Origin: a virus
Reading direction: 5' to 3' (one strand)
IMG/VR virus record: IMGVR_UViG_3300044624_001054
Span: 1-64,000 of that record
Length of the DNA stretch: 64,000 nt
Shown: positions 29,322 through 37,080 of the stretch, one piece after another
Numbering within the stretch: the stretch's first letter is position 1
Layout: every line of letters starts with the position of its first letter
Notes under the pieces: generated by a model
The model's input: only the letters and a program-made list of their open reading frames with translations
Databases searched by the model: none
Told to the model about the DNA's origin: nothing
Made by a program: the position numbers and the translations under genes

Positions 29322-29689
29322 TGGTAAAGGTAGAGATGACACGCGGTGACTGGGATGCAGTCCTAACATGCCTGCGAGAATTGATGGATCAGGGTTGGAT
29401 CGTGAAGGGTCTCTATAATGAGATCATTGACCAAGTAGATGAACAGGAGTACTGATATGAGTTACCTTGATTACCTTCCCGCCGATGGCGATTTCACAGA
29501 GGATGAACTGTGGGAGGCTATCGCAGAAGATTTGGGAATCGATCCATCAGAGATCATGGATGGGGATTTGGTGGATTTTATCTAATACCACCCCGCGAAA
29601 GCGGCCCCGGCCCGTTTTCCAAGAATACTCATAGGTTTACGACCTCTTACGATTTGACACGGGGGTCACGGTCATGGTAGGATCACTCT

Positions 29690-29836
29690 ATGAGTAATCG
29701 TGTGAGCCCCCGCCGTAGTGCGGAGCATAATCGTATCGTTGTTGAGCGTCGTCGCTCTAATGCCGCGCAGCCTCATAAGAATAAGGCTAAGTATTCGCGC
29801 AAGGCCAAGCATCGTAACCGTTTCGTTACCGACTGA
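29690..29836 (+). CDS. Small basic leaderless protein
   Basis: MSNRVSPRR...RRSNAAQPHKNKAKYSRKAKHR, ATG 6 nt after TAGGAT. Confidence 0.6.
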   Translation: MSNRVSPRRSAEHNRIVVERRRSNAAQPHKNKAKYSRKAKHRNRFVTD

Positions 29837-29885
29837 TCCCCATATTCCCCCTTTCATTGTCAGACCCTAGTGCTAGGATCATTCC

Positions 29886-30443
29886 ATGATTACAGTTACC
29901 GCCCCTGAGGGCACACTCGCATACGCTACCTACGCCGCTCGCTTTGAGAGCCTTATCATGACCGCTACCCTCTCGCAGACTGAGGCTGCTAGCGTCTGGT
30001 ACCATGACGCCGCTGCCGTTGCCTCTGAGGTTGCTCGCAACCTTGGCACCTCACTTGAGGTTGGCGCGTCTATCGTTGCAGCATTCTCCCCGCGTGAGCG
30101 CTGGTCCACTAACGTCGCTAAGGCTATCGCGTACTCGCTTGGCTCGCGTCCCGCTGGCCTTGGCAATAACCTTCGCATGGCAGACGCCGCAGTCGCGGCA
30201 GGCTTTGACGCTCTCAAGGGTGCAAAGACTAACGCATTCGCTCGCGCTATCGCAGGCGACACTAACGCAGTTGTCATTGACGTTTGGATGATGCGTGCGG
30301 CAGGCATGGAAACCGACTCACCTAACAAGTCTCAATATGCGCTACTGTCTGAGGCTGTCGTGGGAGTCGCGCAGCAGTTTGGCATCACGCCGCGCACCGC
30401 GCAGGCTCTCATCTGGATCATCGTGCGAGGGGGTGCAGCATGA
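29886..30443 (+). CDS. Conserved phage early protein (DUF7178-like, HhH-like)
   Basis: WY..A, AAFSPRERW..N, GAKT.AF, VVIDVWM.RA, QALIW. Confidence 0.6.
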   Translation: MITVTAPEGTLAYATYAARFESLIMTATLSQTEAASVWYHDAAAVASEVARNLGTSLEVGASIVAAFSPRERWSTNVAKAIAYSLGSRPAGLGNNLRMADAAVAAGFDALKGAKTNAFARAIAGDTNAVVIDVWMMRAAGMETDSPNKSQYALLSEAVVGVAQQFGITPRTAQALIWIIVRGGAA

Positions 30444-30914
30444 ATAAGCCTAAGCCATATGTTCGTCTAGTTACTGACTCAGGTAGTGGGGAGTCGCAAC
30501 TGACTAGAATGTTCGACAACGCAGAGGAAGCCCTGTCGTATCTTAGCGGATACATCGGAACGTATCCCATCACTATCCTAGAGTTTGACCTAGATTGGAG
30601 TTGGAAGTGAACGACATAACGCTAGATAATTTTCGGGAGATGCTGCGCGATTTTGTGGGAGTGTGATATGGAGATTTTTCTCGTCGCTATCGGATTCTTC
30701 CTCGCCCTAGGAGTAATAATCGGACTCATGGACAAATAGGCTTGACAGCCCCGCTTCGGCGGGGCCGGGCCGCTTTGTACACATATGTCCATATATTTAC
30801 GATTACGATTAAGAAATCACAGGAATATTTCACAGTAATTTTTAAGAATGTCCCCTTGACCATCACGGCAATATCGTGTACTTTAGAGTCATAACTGAAG
30901 AGGGGAGGAAATAG

Positions 30915-31124
30915 ATGGGTGAATACCTAGTTGCTGATAAGTTATATGGGTTCTCTATAGAGCCTAATGATATTCTCCGCACCGCCGACGGAAATGAGAT
31001 AGTCGTTTCCTTTGTAGATTCGGTGGAAGGAGGGTATGATATTCACTATAAAGACCTTGACGGAGAGGAAGATATCTACCACCTCCCCGAAGATGACATG
31101 ATCGACCTACTCATTCTAGAATAA
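30915..31124 (+). CDS. Hypothetical early protein
   Basis: RBS GGAGG. Confidence 0.6.
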   Translation: MGEYLVADKLYGFSIEPNDILRTADGNEIVVSFVDSVEGGYDIHYKDLDGEEDIYHLPEDDMIDLLILE

Positions 31125-31134
31125 GGAGAAACAA

Positions 31135-31290
31135 ATGGCTAAGAAGAAGGCAAACAAGTTCTCATATCTTGAGACTTGGAACACTCGCTACGGGGTTCAG
31201 ACTCGTATTGTTACCCGTGTTGATGGCAAGTTCGTTGATTCAACCCCCGCACTTGAGACACTCCGCAAGGGCGTCCCTGCTGGTCGCTGA
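31135..31290 (+). CDS. Small basic protein (51 aa)
   Basis: RBS AAGGAG; MAKKKANKFSYLETWNTRYG... Confidence 0.6.
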   Translation: MAKKKANKFSYLETWNTRYGVQTRIVTRVDGKFVDSTPALETLRKGVPAGR

Positions 31291-31298
31291 CCAGTTGG

Positions 31299-31330
31299 GC
31301 GAACCTGGACATGTTCGCTAAAACTGTCCA
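31299..31330 (+). ncRNA. Conserved H-type pseudoknot, copy 1
   Basis: GCGAAC CTGGACAT GTTCGC TAAAAC TGTCCA. Confidence 0.65.
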
Positions 31331-31413
31331 ACATTCATGGTTGAGATCCTAGTAAATTATGGGATAGGTTATGTAGAGGATCTGCGCTGACACTCCCCAT
31401 ATACCATGGATAA

Positions 31414-31494
31414 GCCCGAGTGGTGGAATTGGCAGACACGCACGACTCAAAATCGTGTTCCATTGGAGTGTGGGTTCAAGTCCCACCTTGGGCA
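31414..31494 (+). tRNA. tRNA-Leu(CAA)
   Basis: Acceptor GCCCGAG/CTTGGGC, loop CTCAAAA, variable arm. Confidence 0.9.
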
Positions 31495-31660
31495 CTAGGT
31501 GGGGGCATGTGACCCGCTATCACACCTTGTTTGGCGAACGGAAGGTGGGATTCCTTCCTAAGATAGCATCGACTCGCTCCCCCACCAACCTTCTAAAAGT
31601 CTTGACTACTGTCAGACCCACATGATAGAGTTCTACTACCTACTAGAGAAAGAGACTGTT

Positions 31661-32050
31661 ATGGGAGACCGCGCTAACTTTGGAATCCGTCAGAATGACG
31701 GCAACATCATCTTCATCTACGGACATTGGGCAGGAGCAGGGATGCTTGCTAAGTTTGCTAATGCTCTTGACCATGTTCAGAATGTTGGTCGTATTGACGA
31801 CCAGGCTTATGCAAATCGCATCATCATCTCGCAGTTGGTTGGCGAGTCTTGGTCTGGCGATCTTGGCTGGGGTGTTACTGTGAACTACCTTGCAGACAAC
31901 GAGCATAAGGTTCCTGTCTATGACTTTGCACTCCGCGAGGTAACTCTCTATGACTATGATTGGAAGTCAGGCGTGCTGACTGATATGATTGTCACGTTCT
32001 CGCTGAACGAGTTCATCCGTAAGTACGCTAAGACCTTGGTGGAGGTGTAA
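31661..32050 (+). CDS. Conserved phage early protein
   Basis: MGDRAN...IYGHWAG, downstream of promoter 31610. Confidence 0.65.
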   Translation: MGDRANFGIRQNDGNIIFIYGHWAGAGMLAKFANALDHVQNVGRIDDQAYANRIIISQLVGESWSGDLGWGVTVNYLADNEHKVPVYDFALREVTLYDYDWKSGVLTDMIVTFSLNEFIRKYAKTLVEV

Positions 32051-32051
32051 C

Positions 32052-32495
32052 ATGATTGACCCTAGCATGACTGACATTCATCCTTACCCGCCAACTATGC
32101 AGGAGTTGGAGTTGCGGGTCATCGAACTGAATACAGAGATCAACCGTCTGACTTCAGAGGTAGAGGCTATACAGAGTGACCGTGACTACTGGAGGGGCCA
32201 GACGAACTATCGTCAGGCCCAGATTGACGGTCTTGAGTCATATCTCAAGGAGAACTTTGACTACATTGATGAGAATGTGACGCAGGAACTTGTTGATATC
32301 TTCTCTCTTACTATCACCAGGGACTATGATGTGACAATCACCGTCACATTCTCTGGTGTTGTTACTGCTCCTCTCAATTTCGATATGGATAGCCTTGAGG
32401 ATTCTCTGAATGCTAGTCTTGAGGCATCCTACTACGGAGATGTAGAGGCAGACTTCTCAGAGGATCATATGGAGATTGACTGGACAGAGAGTTAG
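32052..32495 (+). CDS. Acidic coiled-coil protein
   Basis: RBS GGAGGT; heptad N-terminus. Confidence 0.65.
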   Translation: MIDPSMTDIHPYPPTMQELELRVIELNTEINRLTSEVEAIQSDRDYWRGQTNYRQAQIDGLESYLKENFDYIDENVTQELVDIFSLTITRDYDVTITVTFSGVVTAPLNFDMDSLEDSLNASLEASYYGDVEADFSEDHMEIDWTES

Positions 32496-32527
32496 GCAGC
32501 GGTGGTATCCTAACTACGCCTCCGCCC

Positions 32528-32564
32528 TGCAGACCTGAGCATGTCTTGCATAATAAACTGCTCA
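32528..32564 (+). ncRNA. Conserved H-type pseudoknot, copy 2
   Basis: TGCAGAC CTGAGCAT GTCTTGCA TAATAAAC TGCTCA, 2 nt before tRNA-Glu. Confidence 0.65.
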
Positions 32565-32566
32565 CG

Positions 32567-32639
32567 GCTCCCATCGTCTAGAGGCCAAGGACGCCGCCCT
32601 TTCAAGGCGGTAGCACGGGTTCGAATCCCGTTGGGAGTA
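32567..32639 (+). tRNA. tRNA-Glu(UUC)
   Basis: Acceptor GCTCCCA/TGGGAGT, loop CTTTCAA. Confidence 0.92.
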
Positions 32640-32711
32640 CAACCCCTGGAGAGAATGTGCGGAATCCGCCACCAACCCCACCATTCCGCTTCCCTCTCCA
32701 GGGGCCTAGTC

Positions 32712-32754
32712 GGGCGGGGGGAAGTTGACGGTCTCCTTCCCCCTGCCTTGTTTT
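32712..32754 (+). terminator. Intrinsic terminator
   Basis: GGGCGGGGGGAAG...CTTCCCCCTGCCT followed by TGTTTT. Confidence 0.6.
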
Positions 32755-32923
32755 ATCGGCCCGGCCCGAAAAATTTAATCTGTCAAGCATTTACGATCTC
32801 TCTTTTACGATCACGGGAATTTGTTACCAGAAATTTATCTAAATAATCTGCTAGATATTCTTGAGACTGTCAGACCTAGGGTGTATAGTTCTTCTATAAG
32901 TTCAATCAACTAAGGAGATACAT

Positions 32924-33919
32924 ATGGCACACGCAGTAGAGGTTGGCGCTAACGGAGAGCAGGCTTTTGCTTCCTTCCGCGAACCCGCTTGGCATGGTCT
33001 TGGTACCGTGTTCTTTGAGGAGAAGTCCACCCGCGAGATGCTGGATGCGGCTTACCTTTCTAACTGGGACGTTCGCCTTGAGGCCGTTCCTTACCCTTCC
33101 GACTACAATGTGATCACGCCTTCCTACATGGTACTGCGTGATAACCCCTTTGACCAGGGAACTGACGTTCTCGCTACCGTTGGCGAGCGTTACCACGTTC
33201 TTCAGAACGAGGATCTTTTCGACTTTGGTGATGCGCTGCTTGACGGTGGTCGCTGGGAGACCGCTGGCTCTATTCGCCAGGGTCGCGTTGTGTTCGGCTC
33301 GCTTGCGCTTGAGCGTGAGACTGTCCTTGATCCCAACGGCGTTTCGGATGTTGTGAAGTCCTACCTTCTCGTCCACACCTCGCATGACGGTTCTACCGCT
33401 GTGCAGGCTTCCATCACTCCCGTCCGCGTTGTGTGCCAGAACACTCTGAACATGGCTCTTCAGGGTGTGAAGCAGTCCTTCAAGATTCGTCACACGCAGA
33501 CTGTCGGTGGCAAGGTTATGGCTGCACGCGAGGCTCTTGCTCTCGCAAACACCTACCTGGATGAGTTCGACAAGGAGGCCAAGGCTCTCATCGCCAAGGA
33601 TATCACCAAGGCCAAGTTCGATGCCATCGTGCAGGCTGTCTACCCTCGCCCTGAGGCTGATGCCAAGGGTGCTGTCAAGAAGTGGGAGAACAAGGTCGAT
33701 CTCATTGAGGAGATTTGGACCTCTGACACCAACAACATGATCGCTACCACCGCGTGGGGTGCGTTCAATGCAATGACGGAGCGCCTTGACTGGTTCCGCA
33801 AGGGTCGTGGCGAGCGGGGTGCTGAGAATGTTCTCGCTGCTGCTAGTGGTTTCGATCCTGTCACCAATGCGGAGAAGGGTCGCATCCTGAAGGCTGTCAA
33901 GGAGATCGCTTTCGCGTAA
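32924..33919 (+). CDS. DUF932-family protein (LGT_TIGR03299-like)
   Basis: REPAWHGLG, VGERYHVLQN, WETAGS, SHDGS, TPVRVVCQNTL, IRHT, TAWGAFNA.TE; strong GC-host-type codon bias. Confidence 0.85.
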   Translation: MAHAVEVGANGEQAFASFREPAWHGLGTVFFEEKSTREMLDAAYLSNWDVRLEAVPYPSDYNVITPSYMVLRDNPFDQGTDVLATVGERYHVLQNEDLFDFGDALLDGGRWETAGSIRQGRVVFGSLALERETVLDPNGVSDVVKSYLLVHTSHDGSTAVQASITPVRVVCQNTLNMALQGVKQSFKIRHTQTVGGKVMAAREALALANTYLDEFDKEAKALIAKDITKAKFDAIVQAVYPRPEADAKGAVKKWENKVDLIEEIWTSDTNNMIATTAWGAFNAMTERLDWFRKGRGERGAENVLAAASGFDPVTNAEKGRILKAVKEIAFA

Positions 33920-33923
33920 TCAA

Positions 33924-33952
33924 ACATCCTGGGCATGATGTAAAACTGCCTG
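33924..33952 (+). ncRNA. Conserved H-type pseudoknot, copy 3
   Basis: ACATC CTGGGCAT GATGT AAAAC TGCCTG, 3 nt before tRNA-Trp. Confidence 0.65.
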
Positions 33953-33955
33953 CAC

Positions 33956-34023
33956 GCCACCCGCGCTGGGCGCAGACGAGATTCCAACCCTTGTCGTGCA
34001 GAGTTCGATTCTTTGGGGTGGTG
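33956..34023 (+). tRNA. Non-canonical tRNA-Trp(CCA) with reduced D-arm
   Basis: Acceptor GCCACCC/GGGTGGT, D-arm GCGC-TGG-GCGC, loop TTCCAAC, T-arm CAGAG-TTCGATT-CTTTG. Confidence 0.65.
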
Positions 34024-34027
34024 CTTG

Positions 34028-34100
34028 GCACTTGTAGAGTAGCGGTTATCTCGCCACCCTGTCACGGTGGAGATCGTGGGTTCGAATCCCATCAGGTGCG
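34028..34100 (+). tRNA. tRNA-Asp(GUC)
   Basis: Acceptor GCACTTG/CAGGTGC, loop CTGTCAC. Confidence 0.92.
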
Positions 34101-34245
34101 CTTGACAAATCTAAGAATTTGGGGCCGGGCCGTCCAAGAATATTCTAAGACTCTTTTACGATCTTCTTACGAAAGTCACAGGAATTTTCGCTGGAATATG
34201 TCAGACCCACATGCTACGCTTTATGTATTCGACAGAAGGAGCATT

Positions 34246-36411
34246 ATGAACATCTACGGCATAACAGAAGAAGATATGGCCTCTCCGACCTTTCCCAACG
34301 AGAATGATATTCTTGCATCTATCGTCAAGAACATGAAGGATATTCTAGATGGTGAGTGTGAGCGACCTGATATTGCTGCCCTTGCCGTGTCGATAGACTT
34401 CTTTGTCTTAGATCACTACATGCGTAATGGACGCATCCCTACTGCTTGGAGGAACTAATGGCAACCATCACATTCTCAGTAGAACTTATCTACGAGGGAA
34501 CTGGTCACTTCATGGATTTTGAATATGACTATGAGACTTGGGATGATATGGCCACCGAGGAAGCGGAAGCATTGGCTGACGATCTTGCTAGTGGTCGTAA
34601 CCCTGAGTTGTTCAATGAGATCATGGCTAACATTTCTATTGTCCCCACCGTTGAGAATGTGGTGGCTGATGAATCTGAATGATGTTGAGACTGGTTGCTA
34701 CATTGACGGTAGTCATCGTGATTCCATCGAATTCTCTTTGCTAGTTATCGAAATGGCTCATGACTATGGATTTGAGTTGGATTGGGACCAGTTTGTCAAG
34801 GATGCCGCCAACATGCGCGATCCTGGTTACATGATGGAAGAGGACGAACTGAACGAGGTTCTAGATGCTATTGAATGGACGTATGAGGATGCGCTAGACT
34901 ATCTCAACATCAACACCCGCGAGCCTTTGATGTGGGTGGTAAGAGACCAGAGTTTGTTTCTTATGACATATGATGAGGCTGATGACTAAACACCATAGTT
35001 ATATACTTTAGCAGGTATATCTATGCTAATTCACACAACTATGTATCTGGAGGAATGATGCTAGCCAGTAATATGCTTACCAAAGATCAGATGCTAGAGC
35101 AGTATGAGGTTCTAGGATTTGCTTATGGCATGTGTGTAGTCAAGCGCATGTCTGATGGTGTGAAGGGGACATTGGATTTTGGAGATCATCCTATCCTCCG
35201 TCCCGAGGATTCTTCCAACCCGCTTGGCTATACTCGTTACTACTACAACTTTGTGGAGGCGTGATGAGTAACATTGTATGTTACTTCAATCCAGAATTCG
35301 CTGGTAAGTTTATTGCCAACTGGCTTGACCCCGCCATGTTTGACGACTATACTCTAGATATTGTTGATGATTGCCTAGTGCTTAGGGAGAAGTGATGGAT
35401 GTTTCGGTAGAGGTTCAGAATGTTAGTTTCATTATTGACGCAGAGGATGAGAGCGAGGCTATCGCTAGGGTAGAGGAGTTTCTCCAGGAGTACGCCTGGG
35501 ACTGGACCCAGCCCTACGCGGGATAACTGATGAAACACACATTCATTGTAACGGTAGAGTGCGAAGAAGCAGCAGACGCTTTGCTTGTAATGGGCGAGCG
35601 TTTGGACTATGATGAGGACTATGGATTCCCCTACTCAGTAGATTGGAAGTGGAAGTGAAACAATATCGTATTGTCCTGCCCCTGGAAGTATGGGGAGAGT
35701 TTGAGGATGACGAGGATCATGAGTTTATCAAGGAAGTCCTAGGAGATAAGTTGGACGGACTCTTGATTTCTACCGACTACCTGTGGGATTATTGGAAAGA
35801 CGCCAAAGTCGAACCTATGGAGGGCTAATGACTAATATCACCATGCACCTTACTGCTAACTTTTACCCGCCCATTCCCGCTGACATTCAGATGCGCGTGC
35901 AGGAGATTTTCGATGAGTTGCAGCGCGACTCCGATCCATATATTCTAGGCTGGGCAGACGTTCCCGAGAATTGGGACTATGACGTATCTGATGAGTCTGT
36001 GTTTGATCGCACCTATGAGTTGCCGAATGGCGCGGTAGTGACAGGACGTAGCCTACTTGATGATCTGCGCCTGTGGGATGCCCTGTGGTGGGACTGTGAT
36101 GAGCCTATGGACACTCTCGCAGACTACGAGCGTGAGCAGAAAGAATATGCAGGCCAACTATCATTTTGGACGGTGGAGTAATGAAGGTTAGATTTCTAGA
36201 GATTGACTGTGGACCAGGCGGTACAGTATGGGAGTTGCACGCTAACACCCATGAGCATCTTAGGACATATGACAGCGAGGCGGCTATGCTGAATGATGCT
36301 GCCCTACTTAGAATGGTCAATGTAGATTATAGATTCTACACTCAGGCTGAATATAACCTAGAGGTACAAGTAGAGATCATGACAGAGAATGGGGCATGGA
36401 ATGAACGATAG
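34246..36411 (+). other. Operon of about 10 small, mostly acidic, hypothetical early genes
   Basis: Overlapping ORFs with GGAG RBSs, e.g. 34246-34458, 34458-34682, ~34669-34989, 35055-35264, 35643-35828, 35828-36181, 36181-36411. Confidence 0.6.
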
Positions 36412-36655
36412 AGAGTATCTAAGAAGTTTGGGATTTGAGGTAGGTGATCGTGGTCGGTACTCTAAGGAGATGAAGGCTGCCCTTGCTACCCGCGACGGAG
36501 TAGATCCTGATGCCCCCGCTTCTGAGTATGGTGCTAATGATAGGTTCGCGGACGGTCGGTATCGTGTAGAGCGATCCAATGGTCTTCCAAGGACACCAGA
36601 CGTTCCAGGTATTGACTTTGGCCCTGGACTTGCGGTATCATCGACACGGAGGTAA
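36401..36655 (+). CDS. Lsr2-like DNA-binding-domain protein
   Basis: REYLRSLGFEVGDRGRYSKEMKAAL matches the Lsr2 C-terminal domain with its RGR AT-hook. Confidence 0.7.
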   Translation: MNDREYLRSLGFEVGDRGRYSKEMKAALATRDGVDPDAPASEYGANDRFADGRYRVERSNGLPRTPDVPGIDFGPGLAVSSTRR

Positions 36656-36658
36656 AAC

Positions 36659-36937
36659 ATGGAGGATAAGGTATCCAAACAGATATTGTCAGGCTTTGCA
36701 GATAGTAGGCTCAATCCCTCACATCTTGCATGGCTTGTCAAGTTGCATACAACGCCACAGATCGACAATATGCTAAAGGAGTTCTTCTATTATTACACCG
36801 TGTTCCGCAATCAGGATACAGAAGAAAACGATGCACGATGGATGGGAGAGAAGTTGATGAATGACCTACGAAATCCAGACTATGATGGTCTAAGCAATCC
36901 TCCTCCCCCTGGTACACGCATAGTGTTTGCAGATTAG
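36659..36937 (+). CDS. Hypothetical early protein
   Basis: RBS GGAGGT. Confidence 0.6.
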   Translation: MEDKVSKQILSGFADSRLNPSHLAWLVKLHTTPQIDNMLKEFFYYYTVFRNQDTEENDARWMGEKLMNDLRNPDYDGLSNPPPPGTRIVFAD

Positions 36938-36941
36938 ACAT

Positions 36942-36970
36942 ACTTCCTGGGCATGAAGTTAAACTGCCCC
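36942..36970 (+). ncRNA. Conserved H-type pseudoknot, copy 4
   Basis: ACTTC CTGGGCAT GAAGT TAAAC TGCCCC, 2 nt before tRNA-Tyr. Confidence 0.65.
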
Positions 36971-36972
36971 TA

Positions 36973-37052
36973 GCCTCGCAGCCCCCAAGGTGGGGGAGCG
37001 GTCTGTAAAACCGTCGCCATTGGCACGCTTGGTTCGATTCCAAGGCGGGGCA
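36973..37052 (+). tRNA. tRNA-Tyr(GUA)
   Basis: Acceptor GCCTCGC/GCGGGGC, loop CTGTAAA, variable arm. Confidence 0.85.
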
Positions 37053-37080
37053 CTTGACAAATCGATTCGGGCGTGCCGGG

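Noticed and set aside
31498-31587. tmRNA
   Set aside because: The ends resemble tmRNA, but it is only about 90 nt with no T-stem and no tag ORF.
33956-34023. Reading this tRNA as Gly(UCC)
   Set aside because: The anticodon stem pairs only when the 7-nt loop is TTCCAAC, giving CCA.
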